DNA of 64,000 nt, from positions 21,207,280 through 21,271,279 of the forward strand of contig MU054187.1 in the NCBI GenBank assembly GCA_013239625.1, written 5' to 3'. The stretch's first letter is position 1; each line of letters opens with the position of its first letter. Of the stretch, positions 51,222 to 64,000 are shown piece after piece. The position numbers and the translations under genes are program-made. Source of the DNA: Lama guanicoe (lineage: Eukaryota). The notes beneath the pieces were generated by a model. It was not told where the DNA came from, made no database searches, and was given only the letters and a program-made list of their open reading frames with translations.

Positions 51222-52448
51222 TAAATTTTAAGTAAAAATTATATATATGGATATATATATATATATGTATATGTTTAAATATGTATATAATTTTCCATTG
51301 ACACAGCAGGGAAAAACATAGTTCTTGCCCGTGAGATAGGACAGAACATTTTACGAATGTTAACCTGTCAGAAAGATTTCTGTCCTCCAACAGAATCTCT
51401 GACTGCTTCTGTCAGGAAATTGACTCTCAACAAAATTCATTATACAACCATTTAAAGCAATGAATTTCCCAATAAATATTGTCTTATAAAATTATGTCAA
51501 AATTAAAAAAACACTAATTTAATTGCTATATGCCTGGTTGGGGAGTTGGAGTTATAGTGTTGATGTAAATGTATATATTTAATTCAAACTAGTAATATCA
51601 ATAAGAACTAAAAAGAATTTTAGACATTTATTCACCTATTCATTCATTTTCTTAAAAATTTTTCATTTACAAATTTAAATGAATTCAGCGAGAGTTAAGC
51701 ACTAATGTACTTAAAATCCTGAGCTAAATTATATGACAGAGTTAAAATGTCAGCTGTATACATGTATATATATATATCTACACATGCAATGTATAATATA
51801 TTTCATTCCTGCACTTAATAAACTAAAAAATAAGTGAAACATGAAAGGATAGATTTAGGCCATAAGTAGTTCACTTTGTTCCTACACATTTTCCCCTAAA
51901 GTTATCTGAAAAATCAAATGTACGACCAATTTATCCCTACTCACAAAATTTTGTATAATTCATTGACCAGAGATTTAAATATCATAAGTGAAACCATAAC
52001 CTAGAGAAGCTATATTGCTGCTTGTGTTTTGGAGCTGCATGATTTATCCTAGTGTTATAGTTTGAAACATTGTAAATGATAATCTGAGAAAAATTCATAT
52101 ATGAAGTTTGTTTTGAAACCCAGTGACAACACTGCCGAACCAAAATTCATGTCAAGACAAGGTTAAGAGTCTTTTCAATGTTAAGAAACGCTAGAATACC
52201 TTAACTGCAAGGCAACGACTGTATGGAGCACGAAATTCAACACCTTTCTCCACTTTTCCATTATACGCCTCCCTGGATATCAAGTCCCCAGGAGAATTTC
52301 CCACTACAGATTGTACCTCTACCCAAAGTGGGGTTCTCTCCAGCTGTAATCCAGGTTTCATATTGTTCTGGGACACAGAGTTGTTCTGCCTGCATCCTGT
52401 CATGTTGGTTTAGTACAGACATTTGTAAATTATAAACCATTTCTATCA

Positions 52449-52492
52449 GTGTGTGTGTGTGTGTGTGTGCGTGCACGTGTGTGTGTGTGTGC
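52449..52492. repeat. Interrupted (GT)n alternating purine-pyrimidine tract
   Basis: Directly visible; gcgtgcac interruption. Confidence 0.95.
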
Positions 52493-53414
52493 AATTTACC
52501 ATGTGAGCATTCATTTCTGTCTGTTTCATTACCTTGGAAGCTAACAGAAGCCCAGTACAGCATATTTCTGAATAAATGCAATAGCCTGCATAGAATTGGC
52601 CAATCTCTGGAATCTGACCTTCCCAGAATGTTACCCTCCCAGCGTATCTCCTGATTTGTAGCAGAAATTATAGCTTTATTTGCAGCGGTATCTCAAACGT
52701 GTAGGAGAAATTTCTAACACAAATGTTAAAATGTTCCAAAAATGCCCTGAGCCTGTTACCTGAGTACATGAAATGCACAGTCCAGAGGAAGCTTAGATCC
52801 ACATAATCATCATGGCTTCTCTGCAAGCTATTAGAGACTTTGCTTGCAAAAGCAAGGACTCAGAGAGGATGCAATGAAATGTGAAAGTCATTTTTGAAAC
52901 TATGTGTACGGACCAAAACACCAGAACTTCTGTAGCATTGGGTCCTTATGTACATGCCAGTGATGCTTTAGGGCTAGGTCATAATACCAAAGGCAAGATA
53001 CCTGTAAAATCGCAAATGCTCATGAATGCAAGATAAATATCAACCAAGGCTGTGATATATCACTTGTTAATTAAAACCTCTCCAGTATGTTGATTCACAG
53101 AACCCCTTTGGAGAATGATGTGCTGACTTCAAAATTGCAGTGATCTCAGACATAATATTATGTGAAGCTGTGTCATATCTCTAGAGGGTCCTGCAAAAGC
53201 ACTTTAGGGAAGACCTGGTATAAAGCAGTAGTCCAAATCCAGCTTCAGAGAGAAGTTATCAGATTATCAGAACATTGCCTGAAAAACCTGGAAGCATTCA
53301 AAGGGGTGATGTAAGTTACCCCTGGATCAACTCAGTGTACCTGAAAATAGAAAAATATAATTTTCGCTGAAGAAAAATAATCTAGGGCATGAATTTCTAA
53401 CCTATCCACATACT

Positions 53415-53635
53415 GTTTTTAAATCAATTCCTATGTGCCAAACACGGTGTTGTGTTTTATGACACCTCATTTAAGCCTCTTAATGGTCATATCAGTAGTT
53501 ACTATTGTTATTTCTAAATGATGGATAGAAAATGAGCATCAGAGGTTAAATAGCTTCTCAAATTACTCACCTAAAAGGAGGAAGAGCTGAGACTGGGGAC
53601 TTGTTTGTGTAACTCTGATGACAGCATTCTTAAAA
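53415..53635 (-). mobile_element. MIR SINE
   Basis: cctatgtgccaaacacggtg..ctcatttaagcctc..cagaggttaaatagcttctcaaatt..gaagagctgagact. Confidence 0.65.
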
Positions 53636-53701
53636 AAGTAGATTTCCTCCTCAAATCTGACAAGTTATACTAGTGATGCTAATATTAAAACATAGTCTAT
53701 G

Positions 53702-54216
53702 TGTATTAGTGTCCAAGCTCATTCGGCTTCCCACATGACAAGCCAATAAATCAAGAAATGAGTTGTAGGGGGAAGGAATAGCGATTTTATTGAGAAGGCC
53801 AGCTGACCAAAAAGATGGTGGACTAGTGTCCCAAAGAACCATCTAGCCTGGGTTTTAGATGCTGATTCCTTTTACAGAACAAAAAGAGGGGAAGTAAGGA
53901 GGTAAAGTAGAAAAGGTGATAAGTCGTTACAAATATTTCCTGGTTTCGGCCAGATTCTGGGCTTGATGTGTTTTTTCTCCTTTCCTGCAGCCTTTCGTAA
54001 GTGGACTTGGTCAGGGTGTTTCCTGTGAGCTGAACAAAGATACTTCAGCCTAACGGTCAGGCATGGGAGGGATCCAGGAGGTGGGTCATTATGTATACAT
54101 TAAGTTATAGGCAACATCCCTTTAGTGATTCATTTGTTGCAAAAGCGATAGAATGCAAAGTTTAAAGTAAAAGGAACAGATCCAGTATGGAGTCAGATTT
54201 GTTCTCCCCTATTGCA
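53702..54216 (-). mobile_element. ERV1-type solo LTR
   Basis: TG...CA ends; flanks tatg / gatg (4-bp TSD with one mismatch); minus-strand AATAAA (tttatt ~53786); caagctcattcggcttcc..gaagg..ggactagtgtcccaaagaaccatc resembles ERV1 LTRs. Confidence 0.75.
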
Positions 54217-56787
54217 GATGGGACTACAAACGTCTCATGAATTAAGACACTTAAGTGGCATAGTTATCTCATATGCAGAGTCAACTGTCTCCCTACTATT
54301 ATTTCTGGAGTAAGATCTTAACAAATCTTAAATTTTACTAAGCTCATAAATGGGCGATCATTAATAACAATCCTATAGCTTTCATTCAGAAAAGGGCATT
54401 ATTAATTTTAACTTCTACCTGGGATTTTTCTAAGGTTTTTGTGGAGATTCTGTCCTATATTGGAAAGTCTTGGCTATCATCATAGACTGTTGCATCAACA
54501 GGGCTTGGATTTATGCCACCAAAGAGAAATAAAGTTCTGAATCCATTTTTCCCCCCAATACATTGATTGCTAGATGCTATCATGAATAACACTGTATCTG
54601 CCTTTATAACTGTTGAATCTGAGAAATTTGTAAACAGGAATTTTATCTGATCTAGACCAACATGCAGTAGGCATCTTCACTGTATCATTATTATTGCTTT
54701 ATACAACTCCAGACGTTCGGGTTGGTGGAGGGAAATTCACCATTGCACCTACTGTAGGACATTTATTTGTTTTAGAAGAGTAGAGAAATTTCAAGGGATC
54801 GGCTGTGGGATTTAAGAGTTTTCACTCTAGGGCCAGTATTCCGAAGGCACGTCAGTAATGATTGAAAATTGTTATCTCTGCGGGCAGTTTAGTAGCTTAC
54901 GTGAAATCACTTAGTGGTGTGAATTTAACTCCTGAGGAAACTGTCATGATTGACAGTTTGAACAAAGAGGACAAGGATGGAATGGGCCTGTGAAGTAGGA
55001 GTGAGTGAGTTTCTCCTGTGGGCATGACAGTGTTTACCTCCCATAATTTAGCTGTAAGTGACCTGAGAGTTTGAAAATGGAGAAGGATGTTTTATTCAGT
55101 GGAGGAAAAGAGGGGATAGAACAGAGATTTATTTCAGTGACTACACAAGACTAACCCTCCTACTATTTCTCCATTTCTGGCCTCATGTCATATACATCAA
55201 TTAGAAATGAATGCTACGATGCTTTTACATCAAATCTCCGTATTTACCTTATGAAACCTCTTCAGTGTGAACTGTGCCATACTGTTTACTATTGTGTGAC
55301 TCACAGAAGACAGCAAATGCAAAATTACATGTCTTCTACTCTTTATATTATTTCAGGGAAAATCTAGGTGGATTTTACAAATTCTGAGAAAAAAAATTAT
55401 CAGAACAACCTTCTGGCATTCTCAAGATACTGTGTTACCTGTCATTCTTAATATAATTCGTAATATAAACCACAGACTAAGTTATAGCAGTTTGTGACTT
55501 TTCCTGCTTCAGCATAATGTGAATATTTTGGTGGCCAAGAGACCTCCCAGTATAGAACTCTTGGGCACTATAATGACTAGTGTCTTCCTTAAGTAACTTG
55601 GAACACTTCTCTGGAAATACTCCAGATCCCAGAGGAAATTAAAGGAAAAAGTAGAACCTTCTCCTTTACTACTGTAAGTGAATAAATATTTGATAACACT
55701 AAACCAACAGCAGGTGTATAATAAGTGCTCTGTGCTCGTTAAATATGAAGTAAGTGTTGTAGAGCTGCTTTTGAGATAGTTTTAATAATTTATAGGCCAT
55801 CTTTTAAAATTCAGAATCTCCTGAAAGGGACCCCTATAGCAATGTTTATAACAGGCATTAAAAAAAAGAAAGGTTAAAAAAAAAGGAGGATTATGTGACA
55901 TAATGAAATGGTATCCCATTTATCCCATACTTGATTCTGACTGCTTGATCCCAGCCCACGAAGGGATCTTCCAAATAGGTCTTGGTTTCCACATGGATGT
56001 GGTTGACTAGTCAAAACCAAAGTAATGGTGCCTCATGGCCCATGGCCCTTTGCCAAAAAAAAAAGGTTCAAATAGCAGTCAGTGCCATAGGGCCATGTCT
56101 GTCCTTGGTGCATGATCCCTGAAAATATAGACATAGCACCACTCACAACATCTCCAATGACTCAGAGGAAGCTTGTTTCTTAATTGTTCCATTTCCCAAG
56201 ACCCTTAGATCACAAGTGGGTACTAACCCTGATTGGCCAATTTCCCCCAGTCAAGTGGAAAGAGTCTAATTACTGTTGATTTGACCTCTCCATGTAACTC
56301 AAAACACTCTCCTGCCTAGGTCATGTTGACCAGTGGAAAGTTATCCTGGAAGCATAATTGCAGCCATTATCTTAGACAATTTGTATGACTAAAGGTTCTA
56401 TTTTGCAGAGGAGAAAGCTCTTAAGAATATCACATGCAGTAAATTTCCCAGAATTATATCAATTTGCTTTGTATCCTAGAGAATATGCGTGTACCTAAGG
56501 GTGACCTCATGAAGTGCCTACTTTGGAGTGATACCACCATGTGGTTTTCTTTCTTTGGATCTTTTTGTTTTTAATTTAAAGTCGATAGTTAATTTTTCTT
56601 CTTTGTAAACATTTCACTGGACTCTTTCACATTGAATTGAGTGATCAGATAAACAGACAATATTTATGTGACCCCTGATATAATAGGCATCATATCCATC
56701 ACAACATCTCTCATGGCTCAGAGGAACTTGTTCCAGTTCCTGAAAACTTCAAACAGAAGTGGGTTCTTAACCGTGGGTGATGGGAAC

Positions 56788-57135
56788 TTCTGTGGAATAA
56801 TTTATGTCCTCTCAAAATTCTTACACTGAAGCCTTAACCTCCAACGTGATGTTATTTAGAGGTGGGGCCTTTGAAAAGTAATTAGGTTTAGTTGACGTCA
56901 TGAGAATAGGGTTCCCATGATGGCATCAGTGTCCTTATGAGAAGAGGAAGAGAGGTCAGAGTTCTCTCTCTCTCCACCACTTGAGGACATAGTGAGAAGG
57001 TGGCCTTCTGAAAGCCAGGAGGATGAAATGAGCAGGTTGGCACCTTGATCTTGGATGTCCAGCCTAAGAACTCCGAGGAACAAATGCCTGCTGTTTAACA
57101 CCCAGGCTGTGCTATTTTGTCATGCCGGTCTGGGA
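56788..57135 (+). mobile_element. MLT1 (MaLR) LTR
   Basis: tgtcctctcaaaattc..tgaagccttaacctccaacgtgatg..gaggtggggcctttg..ggcaccttgatcttggatgtccagcct..tgctgtttaacaccca..gctattttgt. Confidence 0.88.
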
Positions 57136-57173
57136 TGAGGGATGGTCTGGGATGAGGGATGGTCTGGGATGAG
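57127..57173. repeat. 17-bp tandem repeat (ggtctgggatgagggat) x ~2.8
   Basis: Units start at 57127, 57144 and 57161. Confidence 0.95.
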
Positions 57174-58639
57174 TAGTGCATGAGCAAAGAAGGAATCTGT
57201 GCTGAATATTTGTTCCCTACTTTCCTCTTGATACTTGGCCTGGCCTGGCCAGTGTTCTTTCAGGCTGGTCATGATTTCCACATGGATGTGTCTGAGCCCC
57301 TCACGAACATAGGTGACTGTCCCTTGAAGACTGAAACCCTCTGTCCAACAAGGGTTGGATCTCCAGCACCTCATTAAATGTTTCCCAAAAGACAGTTTAA
57401 GACTTACAATTACTCTTTATTTATAAAATTTGCTAATTTACATTGTCTACAATAATTCAGTTTAATGCAAAAATTGATTAATATTCCAAATTCTTAACTA
57501 AGTTTGAAAGATTGACTTATGAATATGCATTGCTTTTCAATTTTATGGTTAAAATAACCAATAAAAATCATTCACTTTTTCTAACTGTAGTTGTTGCATT
57601 TATTTTTTTGCTCCCTAGCTGACTACTCAATCTCAATCTCCAGATGAAAAATACTTATTTCTTAGTAGCTAATGGTTCTGTTCAAATATGCTCACAGCTA
57701 TTAAGATATTTGAGGTAACATCGTTTGCTTTACAAAATGCCATTCTTTTTTTTAGGTAGTAATTTTATTTTTCAACTGCCACATAATTTTATTAAATTTT
57801 TATGTTCTACTTTGATCTGTTATATGAATTTGCCTAATTTTTAAAGTGACATTTTAAAACATTTTTCTTCTAAAATTATCTCACTGATTTTCTATGAAAT
57901 TCGTCATATCATCTTTATTACTAGTGAGTCCTTATTGAAAGCAAAATGTTATATATCTTTTAAGCTTTTTACATACAAACTAGTAATTGAACAGGAAAAT
58001 GGAAACAGAGTTTCTAGGTTCTTATGTGGTGTTTTTCCACAATATTACACTCAGTTTCTGAGGCACACAGTTTAGAAAAGTTATACAAAATAATTTGATG
58101 TCAATACCATGAATATGTTTTCAGAAAGTTTATAAGAAGGAAATTTCACTTTTTCTCTGGATGTCATTCATAGTTGTAGCAACTCAACTGCAATACTAAG
58201 AATGGCTGCTGGAAGCTCAAACATTTTAATATGCACTGTCTTTAATTTGTCTATTACCAACCATTAAAATTTTTAATAAACATTGAACACATACTATTGT
58301 CATACCAGTATTTAAAATATGATATATAGATTTAATAAAGTGTGCATTTAACAAACTACATCAGAATAACTTTTATTACATTTTTAAATAATAATGACTT
58401 TGCCTGGGAAGCTTTGAACGCTAACTCATTTCCCCCAGAGTACAAGGGAAGTATGCCGTCTCTGTTAGTAGTGCTTGCCTCACTAAGCTCTTAATCAAAC
58501 TTATTTACTTTATTTCAGAGATCAGATAAGCCCTCTGTTATTTAGCTTATGGTCTGCCCATTCCTCCTTTTCACCCTATTGAGTCAGAAAATCCTTTGAA
58601 TGTAATACTTAGGGGAGAGCTGGCAGGCATCAAAACTAC

Positions 58640-59125
58640 TTTGAGGATGCTAAAACAGCCACTGCGGGTGGGGGTAGAGGTGTTCAACCTTTCTGAAAAA
58701 CAGCTGAGTGTTAATTATTAAATATCTAAACAAAGAAACAAAAAACTAAAAAGTTTTCCATCTTATTTTACCCAGGAATTTGTCAAAGGGTTCATCTGAG
58801 ATATTTCTGCAATCTCAGAAATTTGGAAACAAGCTTAATGCTCATTAAAAGAATGAAGAAAATGATGATAGCTTCATTACTCTGCAACAATTTGTTATAT
58901 TCAGCAAGATTATTTAACAACATAATAAAATGTGTATTGAAATAAGAAGTAATGGCACTTGGATGTAAATTGTGATGGCTTTTTCTAATTTACAACTTGT
59001 TTTCTAAGTACTAGAAAGAAATAACAAAGAAAATATATCAAAATTTTAACAATGAATATCTTCAGGTTGGGATTATATCTTTTCCTTCATACATACATAT
59101 CCTTTGAAATGTTTATTTTTAAAAA
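58640..59125 (+). mobile_element. Decayed L1ME-like 3' fragment
   Basis: ttcaacctttctgaaaaacag, aatttggaaacaagcttaatg, aaaatatatcaaaattttaacaatgaatatcttcagg. Confidence 0.5.
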
Positions 59126-60384
59126 ATTTCATTTGTCTTGTTTTGGGAGCAGTTTGCAGCTTCAGAATTGAATCTTTATTATGATCATGATACTTATCTT
59201 TCCCTATGGCAAATAGACATCAGAAGATTTTTCACAAAATAGTGTTTGTGATGCTTAAGATCTATTGAAGAATTGTCACTGCCCTGATGGATATAAGTTA
59301 TATCTTTCTGAATTGTGGATGGATTTCTTAAGAATAAATTCAGACTTATTTTGGCATTCTTTTTGTTTATTTTTGTCCAAGAAGAGATGCTTAAATACAT
59401 TGGCTCATTTCAGTTCAGTTTTTTTTTCCTTCTTCTGATTGTAAATCTAAGCAAGTTTATACTAACTTGTTTAGTGAAAAAAATTATTCAAGTACATGTA
59501 GATGAGTTAAAGCATTTGGTAAACAACTGTCTTTTTATAAATGCTGAGAAATTAACTGTATGCCCAGTGAATTCTTAATAATACCCTTTAATGACTAATT
59601 CAGACATCATCATCTTTAAGACAGTTTCTCTGATCTTCTCAACTCGATATGATCTGTCTTTTTTTCCCCCTGAAATTACAACTTTAGTTTGTATGTCTTG
59701 CTGCATTTGCCAGGTTTTACCTTATTTTATAGGAATTTTTTTTTTGAGTACTAACTTTAGACCTCAGCAGATGATGGTGTTTGGTGTGTGATATGGTTTT
59801 TAAAAATTTTTTTTGGAGCCCTTTAATCTCCTCCCAGGTTCTTGAATACAGTGTATATTTCTATTGCTGGCTGACTTTCTTGGATACCTGAGAATTTCTC
59901 ATTGTTGTGATTCTTACTTTTGTTGCTCATTCTTTATTCAATATGAGTTTTAGATTGAAAATTCAGGACCATAAAATTAAGACAAGGGTAGAATTTATTG
60001 CCCTGTTAATTTTGTCTGCTCCAAAAATGTTTTCTCTAAAGTATATTTTTAACATTGCCTTTTATTCATAATTAATGTATCCCTTTTAGATTCAAGAGTA
60101 GAAATCTCCCTCAAATACAAATAAAAAGACTTTACTTGTTCTGAGCACATTCTTTATGATTTAACAGAGCATTAACCATCTCAGTCTGATATTTCCAGAA
60201 TGAAAACTCTACTCTTAAATTAGTTCTCATATAGCTACTTGAATTTTTTATTTGTTCATCTGAAATATTTCTAAAGCCATCATATATTTCATAAGGTTCT
60301 GGGACCAAAATCATATCCCCAAATACATAAATAGCCAAATTATTTCTGATTTATATTTATTTTATATTAAAAAAAATCAGAGCC

Positions 60385-60580
60385 CTGTTAGCCTTTGGGT
60401 AGAGAAACACATTAAAATATTGCTTTAATTTTAATTAAGTAAAATTAAAAATTCAGTGCCTGAATCTCACTAGCATTATTTTACGTCCTCAGAGGTCACG
60501 TGGGGATATTGCCTACCTTTTTGGATAGTTTGGGTGTAGACTGCTTCCATCGTTACAGAAAATTCTGTGGGGCAGTGGTG
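60385..60580 (+). mobile_element. MER3/MER33-like hAT-Charlie remnant
   Basis: aaaattaaaaattcagtgcctgaatctcactagc..gtcacgtggggatattgcctacc..ttggatag..ttccatcgttacagaaaattctgtggggcagtggtg. Confidence 0.65.
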
Positions 60581-60789
60581 GTTTACATATTGCCTTTTGT
60601 TACACAGCAGCTTTCACAGACACTTAACACTAACTCCATTCAAACTTTAACTTAAAAACAAAGAGACAAATTTCAAGTTTCAGTTGTATTTTCAGTGAAA
60701 TTTAAATTTTTCCCTTATCACTTTTTTTGTGGTTATAACATCAACTGGATTGTTGTTCTCCAATGTTGCAATTTTTTTTTCTTACATAT

Positions 60790-61980
60790 AGGCGTTTTTC
60801 CAATGCCTGAGAGCTCCCTGTTTTTTCTCTTTATCCTTGGTTTTCAGTGGTTTGATTATGATGTGTCTGGGTGTGGTTTTCTTTGTGTTTATTCTAATTA
60901 GGATTCAGTGAAATTCTGGGATCTATGAGTTCATATAATTTTTGTCAAATCTCTGAGAATTTTGTCAATTTGGGGGAAACTTTTTGCTCCTCTGGGATGC
61001 CTGATATATGTATATTAAACTTTTGATGCTGTCATATAACTCACTGAGGCTCTGTTCATATTTTTAGTGTTTGATTTCTAGTCACTATTTCTACAACTTC
61101 AAATTCACAAATCTCTTCTGCAGTCTTTCTGCCTGAAATATCCATCAAGTGCAATTTTTAATTTTAGATATTATAGCTTTCAACTTTAGATGTTCCATTT
61201 GATTCTTTTTTTATATCTTTAATTTTTCTCCTGGTTATGGGTCATATTTTCTGATTCTTGGGATCTCTAGAAGTTTTTAATGGATCCTGAAGATTTTGTA
61301 TTTTGTGTTGTTGAGTGTCTGAGTTCTGTTTTTCAAAAAGAAGTATTGTACTTGGCTCTAATAGACGTTTAGGTTGTTTTTTGGTTCAGTTTCATCATCT
61401 GAAGGCTTGTTTTTAAGTTTTATTAGGGTGGTTCCTGAGTACCTTCTACTGTAGAAATCATTTATCCCCGTTACTGAAGCCCAGCACGTCTATGTCCAAA
61501 CTCAATGTTTCAGGGAGCAAGTTTCGACTTTCCACTGCTGCTGGTAGGAACTGAATGAATGAGTCTCAGGTTATGTGGGTCTGGGAACCACTCAGCTCAC
61601 AGCCTTCCAATAACTTTGTAACCAGCCTCATAGAAGTTCATTCTTTGCATGCCTGTCCTTGGAATCAGCATAGATTCAAGGGACCCCAAGATGATTTCTG
61701 ATAGCTCTCTTCTATCTAGAAATATGCTTCACAAATTCCTGCGTCCTTAGACACTTTAAACTCTGATCTATCACATCAGTTCAGTAAGGTTGCTGTCTCT
61801 GCTTTCAGTGCTACACACACAAACACACACACACACACACACCCCTGCCAACTCTAAGACTTGAAATATGATTCCCAGACAGAAAGTTAGGGCCATCCTA
61901 GACCCTACTTTGTTTTTTCACCCAGATGTCATGGATCTGCACTGCCCATGGCATAATGTCAGAAAAACATTTGTTTCATC
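60790..61980 (-). mobile_element. Old L1M/HAL1-like ORF1 and 5' region
   Basis: tctctttatccttggttttcagtggtttgattatgatgtgtctgggtgtggttttctttgtgtttattc, cactgaggctctgttcat, ttcaaattcacaaatctcttctgcagt. Confidence 0.7.
61813..61842. repeat. (CA)n microsatellite
   Basis: Directly visible. Confidence 0.93.
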
Positions 61981-63224
61981 TGTTTTAAATATTGGAGTAT
62001 GAGTTAAGGCTTGATTTTGCAGAGAATGTTGAAATGATAGTGTATGACACAATGGCAAAACTATTTCTTCATTATAAACCTGATAGAAACTGGCAAATCA
62101 GTCTTCATGTGAGAGATTAGATACATGTAGATTTTAAGGTGATCAAAAAGCATTGAGTAGAATTAAACAAACAACAGTTTGGATTTACAGTCATGAGAGT
62201 CATCTACACAGAGTGAAAGGATGGAGCCAGAGAAAGCAGTGAGAATTCAAAGTGCAGCTGTGCTTCAAATTAAATTTGACTCAGGGTCAAGAACTTGGCT
62301 CTGTAAACCATGGATATGACCTAATCTAACACTTCTTTGTGTTTGCATTTAAACCAATTTACTTCTGTCCAGGATCACTCACTATTGAAAGTAATGGTAC
62401 TATATTTCTAAAAATATCTATCAGATAAGAGCAAAAAGAAAATAATATTACTTCTACGGATTGCATTACTGATGTTGGCCTAGAGTTGTAAGAAAGATAA
62501 CCCTCAATACATTCTGAAGCCAAAAATGAATATTTAGCTTATTTTTCTCCCTCAGTGTGATTAAAATGCACTTGATTATATGAAGAAGTTAAATGTTTGT
62601 TTAAAATACATATATACACCTTGATTTTTCTTGCTTGAATTGATTCTCAGAGCATTAGCTTGAGATATGCAATAGCTCAAATTGCCAAATTAAAAAAGAT
62701 TATCAGCTTTCCTTTCCTTCAGCTCTAACCTTAAATAATTCATAAAGAATGCCCTGAAATGTAGCTAAGTTAAAACAAAACATGACAGCCATATAATCCT
62801 TGTTTTCAATGGTGCCATACTCTTAATTTTTATGTGAGCAACTGTTTATAAAGTCAACCTTCATTCTAAGGATATACACATATATATATATATGTAAAAT
62901 GCTGTATCTGGTATTTAGTAAAATCTTGATAATCTAAGGTGTAATAATTAGCAGCCTAATCTGAGACATTTTTACGTTACTTGATTGCTCTTGATTTCAA
63001 GTGTAGCTGGTTTAAATGCATAGTGAGTAAATTCTCAAGTATATCCAACTTAAATGCCTTTAAGACTTCTACCTCTTTAATGCTCAATTTAGAAATGTCA
63101 CTTTAAACTATTTTTTAAAATAAGATGCACTTATTAATTATTTTGTAGCTATAAGATTTTAAAAGAGATTCTTCATATAGAAAAGTATTTGTCACTGATC
63201 AAATATATCAGTTATCTAGGGTTC

Positions 63225-63372
63225 CACAAGATCATCAGTGTCAGAGATTGTATCCTTTTTGGAATTTTAGTTTCACCCTATTAGTTTCTTTAAATTGTTA
63301 GACACTTTAGAACATGATCCCTGGCAAAAAAAAAAAATGTGCTTAATAAATATTGTTGATTGAATTAATTAA
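63225..63372 (+). mobile_element. LINE-2 3' end
   Basis: tagaacatgatccctggca..gtgcttaataaatattgttgattgaattaat. Confidence 0.65.
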
Positions 63373-64000
63373 TTTTTAAAGCCTTAAAAAATAAATCTGT
63401 AAGTGTTGGAGTACTTGGAAATAAAAGTTTCATTGAGTTTAATTAAGCACAATTTAACACTCTGCCAAGCTCAGAAGAGTTTTTAGAAATACTAGCAGTC
63501 CTTAGGCAACATAGGAGCCGTTAGTTAAATGAATTAAAAATGAGATTGAGAATAGAAATTACAGCACAGATACCCAGTCTGCTAATTTGCTGATCATTGA
63601 TGAAAACTAGCTACATATGCTGTTTTTTTGAAACTGAAATTTGATATTGGTTCAATTAAAGAGAATGTATAGAATTAATTATGGTTAAATCCTTCTTTTT
63701 CAAAATCGTATTTTTCCTATGTTAATTTCTAATATTAAAAAGTTTTAATCCTTTTTTCTCTTCCACAGCATTTAATAAAATGAATTGTTAATTTCTGATA
63801 GAAAGGTTCTGATAATGAAATAGCCAGTATGGTGTCTCATTCCTCAAACTTTCTTCTGAAATATTGATAGACTTAAAATTAAAAACAGCTACAAAAGATT
63901 TAGTCACTGTGCAGGCTTGACTTTTAGAGAAGTAAATCAGGAATTTATAACAATATGTTAAATAATTATAAGTATTTTGCTACTGCATTTTGCAATGCAA

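Noticed and set aside
57127..57173. CRISPR-like array
   Set aside because: Contiguous tandem units with no spacers, eukaryotic context, no cas genes.
1..64000. Prokaryotic-type systems (operons, defence islands), rRNA, snoRNA or processed pseudogenes
   Set aside because: The sequence is mammalian non-coding DNA, and I recognised none of these signatures by eye. Small ncRNAs cannot be excluded without an Infernal/Rfam scan.

Overview
AT-rich, CpG-depleted mammalian genomic DNA, most likely camelid (camel, alpaca or llama). That call rests on three tRNA-Ala-derived vic-1-like SINEs and the absence of recognisable Alu, B1, Bov-A/Bov-B, PRE-1 or Can-SINE elements. I can support no intact protein-coding gene: the ORF track is random ORFs plus decayed LINE-1 ORF2 pieces. 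The window looks like a large intron or 5' region of a big gene, possibly transcribed on +, or a regulatory gene desert. It carries many old repeats (L1M, L2, MIR, MER3/MER5/MER58A, MLT1), two ERV1-type solo LTRs and several microsatellites. It also has a small CpG-rich promoter-like segment with a candidate first exon (~18.1-18.65 kb), a consensus CTCF site (37.0 kb) and several TE-free, motif-dense candidate enhancers. I found no new biological system. The most unusual structures are: an internal L1 ORF2 fragment with its own A-rich tail and 13-bp TSD, next to a twin-primed inverted older L1; a decayed multi-copy repeat at 55.9-57.3 kb; and a palindromic CArG/MCAT composite site at 50.9 kb. 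Repeat family names and boundaries come from recognition by eye and are approximate. The host gene is not identified.
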